This document shows positions 8,175 to 18,414 of a stretch of DNA of 32,000 nucleotides, piece after piece (position 1 is the first letter of the stretch; the number at the start of each line of letters is the position of its first letter). The position numbers and the translations under genes were made by a program. The stretch comes from Longivirga aurantiaca (lineage in GTDB: Bacteria; Actinomycetota; Actinomycetes; S36-B12; CAIYMF01): positions 960,001 to 992,000 of the forward strand of contig NZ_JBHSTI010000008.1 in assembly GCF_042660085.1 (NCBI RefSeq). The letters are read 5' to 3'. The notes below the pieces were generated by a model. That model was not told the origin of the DNA, did no database searches, and saw only the letters and a program-made list of their open reading frames with translations.

Positions 8175-8773
8175 CGGGCGGCGACCGCTGCGGCGACCAC
8201 GTCGGCGTCCGCCGGCGGTGCGGCAGCGAGGAAGACCTCGTGCACCTGCACGGCGAGCACAGCGAGGGCCGTCGGGTGCGGCGGCCGCACGTCCTCGGGC
8301 AGCAGCCCGGCGTGCGCGGCCAGCCAGCGCCCCGCGGCGCGCACGGCGTCGTGCGCCGCCACGTCGGCGGCGGACGGATGGTCGAACTCCCACCGTCCGG
8401 CGCGCTCGGCCACCGCCGGCTTGTCGGCAGGCACACCCGCGGCGGGGAAGACCCGGCAGTCGTACGTGCGGCACGTCATCGGCCGCTCGGCGTAGATCGT
8501 GCAGCCGCGCTCGCCCAGCATCGGGCAGCGTCCGCGCTCGTCGTACGGCAGCAGGTGCGAGCCCGGGAGGAACGGCGCGGGGAACAGCAGCTCGGCCGGG
8601 ATGACCGAGCGCGCAGCGGTGTCGGAGGGCGTCACGAGCACGAACTGGGACGACGTGCAGCAGCCGGTGCAGGTGCCGCACGGCACGTCCGACTCGCCCT
8701 CGCCCCGGAGCGCAGGGCCGATCGTGCCGAGCCACACGGTGAAGGAGCCCGCGGCGACGGCACCGTCGGTCAT
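8159..8773 (-). CDS. YkgJ-family cysteine cluster protein (putative Zn/Fe-chelating)
   Basis: CGTCTGCCTSSQF...YDERGRCPMLGERGCTIYAERPMTCRTYDCR pattern of spaced cysteines. Confidence 0.85.
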   Translation of the reverse strand: MTDGAVAAGSFTVWLGTIGPALRGEGESDVPCGTCTGCCTSSQFVLVTPSDTAARSVIPAELLFPAPFLPGSHLLPYDERGRCPMLGERGCTIYAERPMTCRTYDCRVFPAAGVPADKPAVAERAGRWEFDHPSAADVAAHDAVRAAGRWLAAHAGLLPEDVRPPHPTALAVLAVQVHEVFLAAAPPADADVVAAAVAARASRT

Positions 8774-9198
8774 GTCGCGCCGTTCCAGACCGGCGCCTTC
8801 CCCGACCAGTCCACGCAGCGCACGGCGCACTCCTGCGCCACCAGCGCCGCATCGAGCCGGCGCTGGGTGTCGGCCGCGGCGGCGAGCCCGGCCCACTGGC
8901 CGGCCAGCCGGTCCTCGACGAGAGCGGCGAGCCTGCGGGCGCTCAGGGCATCGTCGACCTCAAAAGGCGGGGTGTACGCCGGGGCCGCGGCGCGCGGTGT
9001 GCCGCCGAGCAGCGTGATGCGCGCACGGAGCCTGTCGCGGTGCGCGCGGTGCCGCGCCATGTCGTCGAGCGCCTCGGCAGCGCCGTCGGCGTCGAGCCGG
9101 GCGGCCACGAGGCCGTAGGCGTAGACGGCGGAGTCGGTGCCGTCGAGCACGTCGTCGAGGCGCTCGATCTCTGCCTCGTTGGAGGGGGACGCGGTCAC
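8770..9198 (-). CDS. Ferritin-like domain protein (DUF4439-like)
   Basis: LDDVLDGTDSAVYAYGLVAARL...ALDDMARHRAHRDRLRARI...YTPPFEVDD helical, ferritin-like pattern. GTG start overlaps the stop of the upstream gene. Confidence 0.75.
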   Translation of the reverse strand: MTASPSNEAEIERLDDVLDGTDSAVYAYGLVAARLDADGAAEALDDMARHRAHRDRLRARITLLGGTPRAAAPAYTPPFEVDDALSARRLAALVEDRLAGQWAGLAAAADTQRRLDAALVAQECAVRCVDWSGKAPVWNGAT

Positions 9199-9761
9199 GA
9201 TGCCATCGCCTCCAGCATCGCGGCGGCGCCGGCGCACCCGGCGCCCGCGAGCGCCACCACCCGGGCGAGCTCGGGGTCGACGGCGCTCACGCACTGTGTC
9301 GCGCGGCTCGCCGCCGCGGCCTGCTCGGCGTCGAGCAGGGTCGCGACGATCCCGGCCCTGCTGCTGGGCAGGGTGGGGGTGCTCGACGGCGACGCTGTGG
9401 GCGGGGGCGACGTCGACGCCGAGCCCTCGGCCGTGGCGAGCGCGCTCGGCGGCAGCGAGGCCAGGTCGTCGGGGTCGATCGCCTGGCGGTACGCCTTGTG
9501 CCGCTCGCCGACCAGGGCGACGGCTGCGCCGTCGGAGGCGCCGAGGGCGGCCGCGGCCGCCGCGTAGAGGTCGACGAGGCCCGACTCCGAGCGGCCGATC
9601 TCCGCGCGCAGTCTGCGGTCCGGGTCCTCGGGGCCACCTGGGTCGGTCGGGGCGGGCTGGCCCGGATCGGTCGTGCAGGCCGTGAGCGCGGGCGCGAGAA
9701 GCGCGGCCCCCGCGGCGGCGGCGGACCAGCGCAGCGCGTCGCGGCGGGTCGGGTTCGGCAC
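9195..9761 (-). CDS. Secreted lipoprotein with twin-Arg-like signal, hypothetical
   Basis: N-terminus MPNPTRRDALRWSAAAAGAALLAPALTACTTD contains RR, a hydrophobic core and an LTAC lipobox. Translationally coupled to the DUF4439-like gene. Confidence 0.75.
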   Translation of the reverse strand: MPNPTRRDALRWSAAAAGAALLAPALTACTTDPGQPAPTDPGGPEDPDRRLRAEIGRSESGLVDLYAAAAAALGASDGAAVALVGERHKAYRQAIDPDDLASLPPSALATAEGSASTSPPPTASPSSTPTLPSSRAGIVATLLDAEQAAAASRATQCVSAVDPELARVVALAGAGCAGAAAMLEAMAS

Positions 9762-9946
9762 GTCCGCGACTCTCTCACGACCTGCGCGCAGACCTGGAGC
9801 GGGATGCGTCCGGTTCGGGGCGCGCGTCGGCGCGGGTACCCTGGTCGTCCGCACCACCTGCACGTACAACCAGCACGCACAACAGGACCCGACAACAGCA
9901 CAGCCCGACCGCGCTCGCCGCGACCGTCGGGCGCCAGGAGGCCACC

Positions 9947-10570
9947 GTGGCTGCACAGCCGCCTCGTCCCGCGAAGGGCCGTCCCCAGGGCGGATCCCGC
10001 CGCCCGGACCCTGCCCGCCGCGATGCCCAGGTCCAGCAGGTGGTCGCACTCCTCGAGCCCGCCGTGCAGGCGACCGGCGTCGATCTCGAGGACGTCGAGA
10101 TCCGCACGGTCGGCCGTCGCATCGTCGTCCGTGTGCTGGTCGACTCCGAGACCGGCGTGAGCCTCGACCAGGTGGCAGCGGCCTCCACCGCCGTCTCCGA
10201 GGCCCTCGACACCGACGACCCGTTCGGCGACGAGCCCTACACCCTCGAGGTGTCCTCGCCGGGCGTCGAGCGGCCCCTCACCCTGCCGCGCCACTGGCGC
10301 CGCAGCATCGGCCGCCTCGTCGCCGTCACCACCACCCAGCACGAGCAGGTCACGGGCCGCATCACCTCGGTGTCCGACACCGAGGTCGAGCTCGAGATCG
10401 ACGTGAAGGGCCGCACCAGCCGCCGGACCGTGGCGCTCGCCGACATCACCAAGGCGGTCGTGCAGGTCGAGTTCAGCCGCAAGGGCGAGCCCGAGCCCGA
10501 CGACACGACCGACGACGCCGACGGCGACGACGACGCAGACGAGCTCGACGACCAGGACGAGGAGGACTGA
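9947..10570 (+). CDS. rimP: Ribosome maturation factor RimP with acidic C-terminal tail
   Basis: [21 protein letters not shown]...[26 protein letters not shown]...[25 protein letters not shown]. Lies directly upstream of nusA. Confidence 0.93.
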   Translation: MAAQPPRPAKGRPQGGSRRPDPARRDAQVQQVVALLEPAVQATGVDLEDVEIRTVGRRIVVRVLVDSETGVSLDQVAAASTAVSEALDTDDPFGDEPYTLEVSSPGVERPLTLPRHWRRSIGRLVAVTTTQHEQVTGRITSVSDTEVELEIDVKGRTSRRTVALADITKAVVQVEFSRKGEPEPDDTTDDADGDDDADELDDQDEED

Positions 10571-10571
10571 C

Positions 10572-11570
10572 GTGGACATCGACGTCAGCGCACTGAAGGC
10601 GCTCGTCCGTGAGAAGGAGCTGTCGTACGACCTCATCGTCGAGACGCTCGAGCAGGCGATGCTCCTCGCGTACCACAAGACCGAGGGCTCGGCGCAGCGC
10701 GCACGGGTCGAGGTCGACCGCAAGACGGGTCACGTCATCGTGTGGGCCCGCGAGGACGACGTCGACGGCGTCCCGGGTCGCGAGTACGACGACACGCCGG
10801 ACGGCTTCGGCCGTGTCGCCGCCACGACCGCCCGCCAGGTGATCCTGCAGCGCCTGCGCGAGGCCGAGGACGACGTCACCTTCGGGGAGTTCGCCGGCAC
10901 CGAGGGGGACCTCGTGTCGGGCATCGTGCAGCAGGGCAGCGACCCGCGGCTCGTGTTCGTCGACCTCGGCAAGATCGAGGCCGTCCTTCCGCCGCAGGAG
11001 CAGGTGCCGGGCGAGAAGTACGTCCACGGAACGCGCCTCAAGTGCCACGTGGTGCAGGTGTCCAAGACGCCCAAGGGTCCGCGCGTCACCGTCTCGCGCA
11101 CGCACCCCAACCTCGTGAAGGCGCTGTTCGCCCTCGAGGTGCCCGAGATCGCCGACGGCTCGGTGCAGATCGCGGCGATCGCCCGCGAGGCCGGCCACCG
11201 CACGAAGATGGCCGTCTACTCGAACGTGCCCGGGCTCAACGCCAAGGGCGCGTGCATCGGCCCGATGGGTGCCCGGGTGCGCGCGGTCATGGCCGAGCTG
11301 CACGGCGAGAAGATCGACATCGTCGACTGGTCGGACGACCCGGCCGAGATGGTCGGCAACGCTCTGTCACCGGCGCGGGTCACCTCGGTGACCGTCGTCG
11401 ACCTCGCCGCCCGCTCCGCCCGCGTCGTCGTGCCGGACTACCAGCTGAGCCTCGCGATCGGCCGCGAGGGCCAGAACGCCCGGCTCGCCGCCCGCCTCAC
11501 CGGCTGGCGGATCGACATCCGGCCCGACACCGCGACGACGGGGCCGGACGACACCGGACGCGAGGCGTGA
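10572..11570 (+). CDS. nusA: Transcription termination/antitermination factor NusA
   Basis: N-terminal NusA domain; [111 protein letters not shown] (S1 and KH). Confidence 0.97.
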   Translation: MDIDVSALKALVREKELSYDLIVETLEQAMLLAYHKTEGSAQRARVEVDRKTGHVIVWAREDDVDGVPGREYDDTPDGFGRVAATTARQVILQRLREAEDDVTFGEFAGTEGDLVSGIVQQGSDPRLVFVDLGKIEAVLPPQEQVPGEKYVHGTRLKCHVVQVSKTPKGPRVTVSRTHPNLVKALFALEVPEIADGSVQIAAIAREAGHRTKMAVYSNVPGLNAKGACIGPMGARVRAVMAELHGEKIDIVDWSDDPAEMVGNALSPARVTSVTVVDLAARSARVVVPDYQLSLAIGREGQNARLAARLTGWRIDIRPDTATTGPDDTGREA

Positions 11571-11992
11571 TCGGCGGGGGCGCCGGAGGGGTAGACTTCC
11601 CCACGACCGGTAGCCCGGTTCCCCCTGACGCCGCCCCGCGCGGTGCAGGCGCGCCCTCCCGCGGGCGTCGCACCCCGGTGCGTACGTGCGTGGGGTGCAG
11701 GGAGCAGGGCGGCCGATCCGACCTGGTGCGCGTGGTCGTGGTCGACGGACTCCTCGTCCCCGACCCCCGGGCGCGCGCCGCCGGACGAGGTGCCTGGCTG
11801 CATCCCGACCCGGTATGTCTCGACCTCGCCGAGCGACGGCGGGCGCTGCCGCGGGCCCTCCGGGTCCCCGGCCCGCTCGACACCCGCGCGGTGCGGGACG
11901 AGATCGAACGGCGAGCAGCACGACCAGCACCATCAGAACTGACCACCGTCCACCCACGATCGGGAGCAGAACAGGACATGAGCACCCGATGA
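11567..11992 (+). CDS. YlxR family (DUF448) RNA-binding protein; start uncertain
   Basis: [64 protein letters not shown] is a clear YlxR core, between nusA and infB. GTG at 11567 overlaps the nusA stop; the true start may be downstream. Confidence 0.8.
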   Translation: MIGGGAGGVDFPTTGSPVPPDAAPRGAGAPSRGRRTPVRTCVGCREQGGRSDLVRVVVVDGLLVPDPRARAAGRGAWLHPDPVCLDLAERRRALPRALRVPGPLDTRAVRDEIERRAARPAPSELTTVHPRSGAEQDMSTR

Positions 11993-12027
11993 ACGCCCAG
12001 CGATGAGCGTGTCCGTGCACGTCTGAG

Positions 12028-12055
12028 TGGTCCGGTACGAACCCGTCCCGGACCA
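12028..12055 (+). promoter_or_regulatory. Stem-loop in the infB 5' leader immediately upstream of the Shine-Dalgarno
   Basis: TGGTCCGG (12028-12035)/CCGGACCA (12048-12055) perfect 8-bp stem with a 12-nt loop; the SD (caggaga) follows at about 12061. Confidence 0.5.
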
Positions 12056-12070
12056 AAGAGCAGGAGAACT

Positions 12071-14866
12071 GTGTCGAAGGTCCGGGTCTACGAGCTCGCC
12101 AAGGAGCTCGGAGTCGAGAGCAAGGCCGTCGTGGCCAAGCTCCAGGAGATGGGTGAGTTCGTCCGATCGGCGAGCTCCACCATCGAGGCGCCGGTGGTCC
12201 GGCGTCTTCGGGAGGCGTTCCCCGCCGCCCCGGCGGCCGCCCCCAGCAAGGCACCCGCCAAACCCAAGCCCGCCCCCGCGGCACCGGCTGCCCCCGCGGC
12301 GCCCGAGGCCCCGGCGGCTCCCGCTGCTGCCGCACCCGAGGCGCCCGCCGCCCCGGCTGCTCCGGCTGCGCCCGTGCCCGGTCCGGCGGCCCCCGCCGCC
12401 CCGGCAGCGCCCGAGGTCTCGGCCCCGGCCGCGTCGGCGGCACCCGCGCCGGCCGCCCCCAAGGCGCCGCGTCCCGGCAACAACCCGTTCATGGACCGCA
12501 GCGCCGAGGCGCCGCCGCGTCCGGCCGCCCCCGCGGCGCCCGGTGCCGCGCCCGGCGCCCCGCGTCCGGCGCGTCCGGGCAACAACCCCTTCACCGACCG
12601 CACCGGCGGCGTCGAGGGCGCACCGCGCCCCGTCCCGCGTCCCGGCGGCGTCCCCGGTGCCCCGCGTCCCAACCCGGGCATGATGCCGGGCCAGCGCCCG
12701 GGACGTCCCGCAGGTCCCGGCCGTCCGGCCGGCCCCGGCGGTCCCGGTGCCGGTCGTCCGGCCCCCGGCGGCGCAGGCCGTCCCGGTGGCGGCGCAGGCC
12801 GTCCCGGTGGCGGCGGCTTCGGCGCACGTCCCGGCGGTGCTCCCGGCGGTGGCGGCGGCGGATTCGCCGGTCGTCCCGGCGGTGCTCCCGGCGGCGGCGG
12901 CTTCGGCGGTCGGCCCGGTGCCGGTGGTCGTGGCACCACCGCGGGTGCGTTCGGCCGTCCCGGCGGCAAGCCGGCGCGCGGTCGCAAGTCCAAGCGTGCG
13001 AAGCGCCAGGAGTTCGACAACATGTCGGCTCCGTCCATGGGCGGCGAGATCCGTCCCATGGGCCAGGGCCAGACCATCCGTCTGGCGCGCGGCTCGTCCC
13101 TGACGGACTTCAGCGAGAAGGTGGGCGTGCCCGCGGGCGTGCTCGTCACCGTGATGTTCAAGCTCGGCGAGATGGTGACCGCGACCCAGTCGCTGTCCGA
13201 CGACACGCTGATGCTGCTCGGCACCGAGCTGAACTTCGACGTCCAGGTGATCAGCCCGGAGGACGAGGACCGCGAGCTGCTCGAGCGCTACGACCTCGAG
13301 TTCGGTGAGGACGAGGGTGACGAGTCCGACCTCGTCGCGCGTCCGCCGGTCGTCACGGTCATGGGTCACGTCGACCACGGAAAGACCCGCCTGCTCGACG
13401 CGATCCGCAACACGAACGTGATGGGCAAGGAGGCCGGTGGCATCACCCAGCACATCGGCGCCTACCAGGTCGTGGCCCGTGCCGACAGCGACGCGCCCCG
13501 CGCCATCACCTTCATCGACACCCCGGGTCACGAGGCGTTCACCGCCATGCGTGCTCGTGGTGCCCAGGTCACCGACATCGCCATCCTCGTGGTGGCGGCC
13601 GACGACGGCGTGAAGCCGCAGACGATCGAGGCGCTCAACCACGCCAAGGCCGCCGACGTGCCGATCGTGGTCGCGGTCAACAAGATCGACAAGGAGGGCG
13701 CGGACCCGGCCAAGGTGCGCGGCCAGCTCACCGAGTACGGCCTCGTCCCCGAGGAGTACGGCGGCGACACGATGTTCGTCGACGTCTCCGCCAAGGGCGG
13801 GATCGGCATCGACGAGCTGCTCGAGGCCCTCCTGCTCACGGCCGACGCCGCCCTGGACCTGCGGGCCAACCCGCACCAGGACGCGCAGGGCGTGTCGATC
13901 GAGGCCCACCTCGACCGTGGCCGTGGCCCGGTCGCGACGGTGCTCGTCCAGCGCGGCACGCTGCGCCCGGGCGACTCGATCGTGGTCGGCGACGCCTACG
14001 GCCGCGTGCGCGCCATGCTCGACGAGCACGGCAACACGCTCGAGGAGGCGCTGCCCGCGCGTCCGGTGCAGGTGCTCGGCCTCACGGCCGTGCCCGGCGC
14101 CGGCGACAACATGCTCGTGGTCGAGGACGACCGCACCGCCCGTCAGATCGCCCAGACCCGTGCGGCGCGCGAGCGCAACGCGGCGCTGGCGCAGGCGCGC
14201 GGCCGCCGTACCCTCGAGGACTTCCTCAAGTCCCTCGAGCGCGGCGAGGTCGAGGAGCTCAAGCTCATCCTCAAGGGCGACGTGTCCGGCTCGGTCGAGG
14301 CGCTCGAGAGCGCGCTCGTCGCGCTCGACATCAGCGAAGAGGTCAGCCTGCGCGTCATCGACCGCGGTGTCGGTGCGATCACGCAGAACGACGTCAACCT
14401 GGCCGTCGCGTCCGACGCCGTCATCATCGGCTTCAACGTCCGGCCGGCCGAGCGGGTGCAGGAGATCATCGACCGCGAGCGCGTCGACGTCCGCTACTAC
14501 TCGGTCATCTACCAGGCGATCGACGACGTCGAGGCGGCCCTCAAGGGTCTGCTCAAGCCGGTCTACGAGGAGGTGGCTCTCGGCACCGCCGAGATCCGCG
14601 AGGTCTACCGCTCGAGCAAGTTCGGCAACATCGCCGGCTCGCTCGTGCGCACGGGCCTCATCCGCCGCAACGCCAAGGCGCGCCTCCTGCGCGACGGTGC
14701 GGTCGTGGCGGACAACCTCACCATCGAGTCGCTGAAGCGGTTCAAGGACGATGCCACCGAGGTCCGCGAGGGCTTCGAGTGCGGTATCGGCCTCGGCTCG
14801 TTCAACGACGTCAAGGTCGACGACGTGATCGAGACCTTCGAGATGCGCGAGAAGCCGCGCGTCTGA
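12071..14866 (+). CDS. infB: Translation initiation factor IF-2
   Basis: [33 protein letters not shown]; G1 motif [15 protein letters not shown]; DTPGHEAF; [10 protein letters not shown]; long Ala/Pro- and Gly-rich linker. Confidence 0.98.
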   Translation: MSKVRVYELAKELGVESKAVVAKLQEMGEFVRSASSTIEAPVVRRLREAFPAAPAAAPSKAPAKPKPAPAAPAAPAAPEAPAAPAAAAPEAPAAPAAPAAPVPGPAAPAAPAAPEVSAPAASAAPAPAAPKAPRPGNNPFMDRSAEAPPRPAAPAAPGAAPGAPRPARPGNNPFTDRTGGVEGAPRPVPRPGGVPGAPRPNPGMMPGQRPGRPAGPGRPAGPGGPGAGRPAPGGAGRPGGGAGRPGGGGFGARPGGAPGGGGGGFAGRPGGAPGGGGFGGRPGAGGRGTTAGAFGRPGGKPARGRKSKRAKRQEFDNMSAPSMGGEIRPMGQGQTIRLARGSSLTDFSEKVGVPAGVLVTVMFKLGEMVTATQSLSDDTLMLLGTELNFDVQVISPEDEDRELLERYDLEFGEDEGDESDLVARPPVVTVMGHVDHGKTRLLDAIRNTNVMGKEAGGITQHIGAYQVVARADSDAPRAITFIDTPGHEAFTAMRARGAQVTDIAILVVAADDGVKPQTIEALNHAKAADVPIVVAVNKIDKEGADPAKVRGQLTEYGLVPEEYGGDTMFVDVSAKGGIGIDELLEALLLTADAALDLRANPHQDAQGVSIEAHLDRGRGPVATVLVQRGTLRPGDSIVVGDAYGRVRAMLDEHGNTLEEALPARPVQVLGLTAVPGAGDNMLVVEDDRTARQIAQTRAARERNAALAQARGRRTLEDFLKSLERGEVEELKLILKGDVSGSVEALESALVALDISEEVSLRVIDRGVGAITQNDVNLAVASDAVIIGFNVRPAERVQEIIDRERVDVRYYSVIYQAIDDVEAALKGLLKPVYEEVALGTAEIREVYRSSKFGNIAGSLVRTGLIRRNAKARLLRDGAVVADNLTIESLKRFKDDATEVREGFECGIGLGSFNDVKVDDVIETFEMREKPRV

Positions 14867-14894
14867 CGCTGACCGTCATCTCTGGGAGGACGTC

Positions 14895-15188
14895 GTGTTC
14901 GTGGGTTCCCTCGAGCTCGACGTCCTCCTGGGGGACGTCAGGTCCCTCAAGCAGAAGCGGAGCCTCGTCCGTCCGGTCGTGGCCGAGCTGAGGCGACGGC
15001 TCGACGTCAGCGCGGCGGAGGTGGGTCACCAGGACCTGCACCGCCGTGCGGTCATCGGGGTCGCTGTCGTCGCGGCCGACCCCGCGCACTGCACCGAGGT
15101 GCTCGACGACGCCGAGAGGCTCGTCGCGGGGCACCCCGAGCTCGAGCTGCTCTCCGCCCGACGGGCGCTGCGCGGCTCGGACGACTGA
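14895..15188 (+). CDS. DUF503 family protein (YlxP-like)
   Basis: MFVGSLELDVLLGDVRSLKQKRSLVRPVVAELRRRLDVSAAEVGHQDLHRRAVIGVAVVAAD, in the conserved infB-rbfA position. Confidence 0.9.
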   Translation: MFVGSLELDVLLGDVRSLKQKRSLVRPVVAELRRRLDVSAAEVGHQDLHRRAVIGVAVVAADPAHCTEVLDDAERLVAGHPELELLSARRALRGSDD

Positions 15189-15251
15189 CCGCACGACCGG
15201 CACCACCCGCACCAGGCTCAGGTCCCACGGACCGCACGAGAGGATCCACCC

Positions 15252-15842
15252 ATGGCCGACCCCGCCCGCGCCCGCAAGCTCGCCGACCGCATCAAGGTGA
15301 TCGTCGCGGAGACGCTCGAGCAGCGCATCAAGGACCCGCGCGTCGGCTTCCTCACCATCACCGACTCGCGGGTCACCGGCGACCTCCATGACGCGACGGT
15401 CTACTACACCGTCTACGGGTCCGACGAGGAGAAGGCCGGCACCGCCGCCGCGCTCGAGAGCGCCAAGGGCGTGCTGCGCAGCGAGATCGGCAAGCAGACC
15501 GGCGTGCGGTTCACCCCCACGCTCACCTTCGTCGCCGACGCCGTGCCCGAGAACGCCGCCGCGATCGAGGACCTCCTCGCCGTCGCGGCCGCAGCCGACG
15601 CCGAGGTGCACGAGAAGGCCGCCGCCGCGCAGTACGCGGGCGAGGCCGACCCCTACAAGAAGCCGCGCGACCTCGAGGACGACGACGCAGGGGACGCAGA
15701 GGACGCAGAGGTCGACGAGGACGACGACGAGGACGACGAGGCCGGTGACGAGCTCGAGGACGACCTCGACGACCTCGACGGGCTCGAGGACGACCTCGAC
15801 GACCTCGAGGAGCTCATCGAGGACGAGGAGCGCCAGGCGTGA
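15252..15842 (+). CDS. rbfA: Ribosome-binding factor A with long acidic C-terminal extension
   Basis: [50 protein letters not shown] core, followed by a tail of roughly 65 aa rich in Asp and Glu. Confidence 0.95.
   Translation: MADPARARKLADRIKVIVAETLEQRIKDPRVGFLTITDSRVTGDLHDATVYYTVYGSDEEKAGTAAALESAKGVLRSEIGKQTGVRFTPTLTFVADAVPENAAAIEDLLAVAAAADAEVHEKAAAAQYAGEADPYKKPRDLEDDDAGDAEDAEVDEDDDEDDEAGDELEDDLDDLDGLEDDLDDLEELIEDEERQA
15753..15812 (+). repeat. 30-bp tandem duplication (two units) coding part of the acidic RbfA tail
   Basis: Unit 1 ctcgaggacgacctcgacgacctcgacggg (15753-15782) followed by unit 2 ctcgaggacgacctcgacgacctcgaggag (15783-15812). Confidence 0.8.
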
Positions 15843-16852
15843 GCTGGAGCGCGGCACCGACGGAGACCGACTGGCAGCGCGCGATCGACGCGCTCACCTC
15901 GGGCGGCCCCGTCCTGCTGCTCGCGCACGTCTCGCCCGACGCGGACGCGCTCGGATCGGCGCTCGCGGCCGGCCTCGCCCTCGACTCGCGCGGCGTCGAC
16001 GTCGTCGTGTCGTTCGGCGACGACCCGTTCGTGGTGCCGCGCGTCCTGCGCACCCTGCCCGGCCAGCACCTGCTCAGAGCGCCCGCCGAGGTGGGGGAGC
16101 GGCCGGTCGTGGCGTCGTTCGACGTCTCCTCGATCGAGCGCCTCGGCGTGCTGCAGGCGGCGGCCGAGGCGGCCGAGACCCTCGTGGTGGTCGACCACCA
16201 CGCGTCGTACACCGGTTTCGGCGGCATCCACCTCGTGGACGTGAAGGCGCCCGCCACCGCGGTGCTCGCGCTCGAGATGGTCGACCGGCTCGGCGTCGAG
16301 GTCGGCATCGACATCGCCACCGACGTCTACTCCGGCATCGTCACCGACACCGGGTCGTTCAAGTACTCCGCCACCACCGCCGACACCCACCGCACCGCGG
16401 CGCGGCTGCTCGAGACCGGTCTGCCGCACGACGTCGTGGCCCGCCACATCTACGACGACGAGCCGTTCGGCGTGCTCAAGGTGCTCGGCGGCGCGCTGGA
16501 CCGCGCGACCCTCGAGCCCGGCGCCATCGGCGGCCTCGGCCTCGTGCACACCTGCGTGAGCAAGGCCGTGCGCGACGAGCACGGGCTGCCCCTCGACGCC
16601 GTCGAGCGCGTGATCGACGTCCTGCGGATCGCGACCGAGGCCGAGGTCGCCCTCGTCCTCAAGCAGGACGACACCGGCGCGTGGCGCGCGTCGATGCGCA
16701 GCAAGGGCAAGGTCGACGTCTCGCAGGTGGCGCTCGGGCTCGGCGGCGGCGGCCACCGGTTCGCGGCGGGCTTCACGGGCGGCGCCGACCACCAGCAGGT
16801 GCTCGACGACGTCCGCGCAGCTCTCGACGCGGTCGCCCGCCAGGAGCTGTGA
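15839..16852 (+). CDS. DHH/DHHA1 phosphoesterase (NrnA-like oligoribonuclease / pAp phosphatase)
   Basis: [61 protein letters not shown], and C-terminal [13 protein letters not shown]. Overlaps the rbfA stop by 4 bp. Confidence 0.92.
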   Translation: MSWSAAPTETDWQRAIDALTSGGPVLLLAHVSPDADALGSALAAGLALDSRGVDVVVSFGDDPFVVPRVLRTLPGQHLLRAPAEVGERPVVASFDVSSIERLGVLQAAAEAAETLVVVDHHASYTGFGGIHLVDVKAPATAVLALEMVDRLGVEVGIDIATDVYSGIVTDTGSFKYSATTADTHRTAARLLETGLPHDVVARHIYDDEPFGVLKVLGGALDRATLEPGAIGGLGLVHTCVSKAVRDEHGLPLDAVERVIDVLRIATEAEVALVLKQDDTGAWRASMRSKGKVDVSQVALGLGGGGHRFAAGFTGGADHQQVLDDVRAALDAVARQEL

Positions 16853-16853
16853 G

Positions 16854-17753
16854 ATGGGGCGTGGCGACACACCGCGCACGCGCACGGCTCCGGACGGCAT
16901 CGTCGTGGTGGACAAGCCCGCCGGGATGACCAGCCACGACGTCGTCGCCCGGGTCCGCCGCCTCGCCGGCACCCGCAAGGTCGGCCACGCGGGCACCCTC
17001 GACCCCATGGCCACGGGCGTGCTGATCCTCGGGATCGAGCGCGCCACGAGGCTTCTCGGGCACCTCGCGCTCACCGACAAGGCGTACGACGCCACGATCC
17101 GCCTCGGTGTCTCGACCGTCACCGACGACGCCGAGGGCGAGGAGACCGCCCGCACCGACGCCTCAGCCATCCGCGACGACGCGATCGCCGCAGGTGTCGC
17201 CGCCCTCACGGGGCCGATCGAGCAGCGGCCGTCCGCGGTCAGCGCGATCAAGGTCGACGGAGTGCGCAGCTATGCGCGGGTGCGCTCGGGCGAGGACGTC
17301 GAGCTGGCGGCCCGCCCGGTGACGGTGTCCCGCTTCGTCGTCCTGGAGACGCGCCGCGGCGACGGCGTGGTGGACCTCGACGTCACGGTGGTCTGCACGA
17401 GCGGCACCTACGTCCGCGCGCTCGCACGCGACCTCGGCGCATCGCTGGGCGTCGGCGGCCACCTCACGATGCTGCGGCGCACGCGCGTCGGTCCGTTCGG
17501 CCTCGACGCCGCCCGCACGCTCGAGCAGCTCGAGGAGTCGTTCGACCTCGTGCCGCTCGGCGACGCGGTCGGTGCGTCGTTCCCGCGCGCCGACGTCGAC
17601 GAGGCAACCGCTGCGACGGTGCTGCACGGCGGGCGCATCGCCTGTGCCGACGGCCTCGCGGGCCCGGTCGGCGTCTTCGGCCCGGACGGCGCCGTGCTGT
17701 CGGTCGCCGAGCCCGTCGACGGGCTGCTCAAGCCGCTCGTCGTCTTCAGCTGA
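16854..17753 (+). CDS. truB: tRNA pseudouridine(55) synthase
   Basis: DGIVVVDKPAGMTSHDVVARVRRLAGTRKVGHAGTLDPMATGVLILGIERATRLLGHL. Confidence 0.97.
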   Translation: MGRGDTPRTRTAPDGIVVVDKPAGMTSHDVVARVRRLAGTRKVGHAGTLDPMATGVLILGIERATRLLGHLALTDKAYDATIRLGVSTVTDDAEGEETARTDASAIRDDAIAAGVAALTGPIEQRPSAVSAIKVDGVRSYARVRSGEDVELAARPVTVSRFVVLETRRGDGVVDLDVTVVCTSGTYVRALARDLGASLGVGGHLTMLRRTRVGPFGLDAARTLEQLEESFDLVPLGDAVGASFPRADVDEATAATVLHGGRIACADGLAGPVGVFGPDGAVLSVAEPVDGLLKPLVVFS

Positions 17754-17824
17754 GCGATCCGGCCGTTCTGGCCCCGCGCTGGCCTCGCCAGGCTGATCCT
17801 GGGCTCACCAGCGAGGAGGTCACC

Positions 17825-18301
17825 ATGGACCGAGAGGGCGCGAGCGCGGTCGTCCACCTGCCCGGCGCCGGCCGCCGCATCGACATGGGCGCGTTCGGCA
17901 TGACGGTGAAGGCGGACGCCGAGCTCACGGGCGGCGCATTCAGCCTCCTGGAGGCGACCGAGCCCGCGGGCTTCGGTCCGCCGATGCACGTTCACGAGGA
18001 CGCCGGCGAGGCCTTCTACGTGCTCGAGGGGGAGTACCACGTCCTCATCGAGGACGAGGAGCACACGTGCCCTGCAGGCTCGTTCGTCTACGTGCCCGCG
18101 GGCATGGTGCACGGCTTCCGCGTGGGGCCCGTGCCGAGCCGCAAGCTGAACATCTACAGCCCGTCGGCGATGGTCGGGTACTTCGACGAACTCGCGGGCG
18201 CCGTTGCCGGAGGCATCGTGCTCGACGACGACGGGCTGGGCGCGATGGCGCTGCGGTACGGCATGCATGTGCTCGGGCCCGTACCCGAGGGCTACGCGTG
18301 A
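17825..18301 (+). CDS. Cupin domain-containing protein
   Basis: GPPMHVHEDAGEAFYVLEGEYHVLIEDEEHTCPAGSFVYVPAGMVHGFRV. Confidence 0.9.
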   Translation: MDREGASAVVHLPGAGRRIDMGAFGMTVKADAELTGGAFSLLEATEPAGFGPPMHVHEDAGEAFYVLEGEYHVLIEDEEHTCPAGSFVYVPAGMVHGFRVGPVPSRKLNIYSPSAMVGYFDELAGAVAGGIVLDDDGLGAMALRYGMHVLGPVPEGYA

Positions 18302-18414
18302 GAGGTGCCGCCGGTCATCCGACGCCGAGCGGTCCAGCCGTCGGTCGCGCCCGGTGTCGGTCGCGCCGCGGCTCCGGTTCATGAGGCGTGCGGCCGTGCT
18401 GGCAAGGTAGCCCC

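Noticed and set aside
12240-12470. Ala/Pro repeats in infB considered as a possible repeat array or recombination element
   Set aside because: Degenerate codons encoding the normal disordered IF-2 linker; no conserved DNA-level unit in this part.
11933-14029. 698-aa minus-strand ORF antisense to infB
   Set aside because: Complement of the Ala/Pro/Gly-rich IF-2 coding region; it consists of Gly/Thr/Ala runs with no recognisable motifs.
18345-18375. Short direct repeat gtcggtcgcgcc upstream of ribF, considered as a regulatory iteron
   Set aside because: Only two 12-bp copies in a GC-biased spacer; insufficient evidence.
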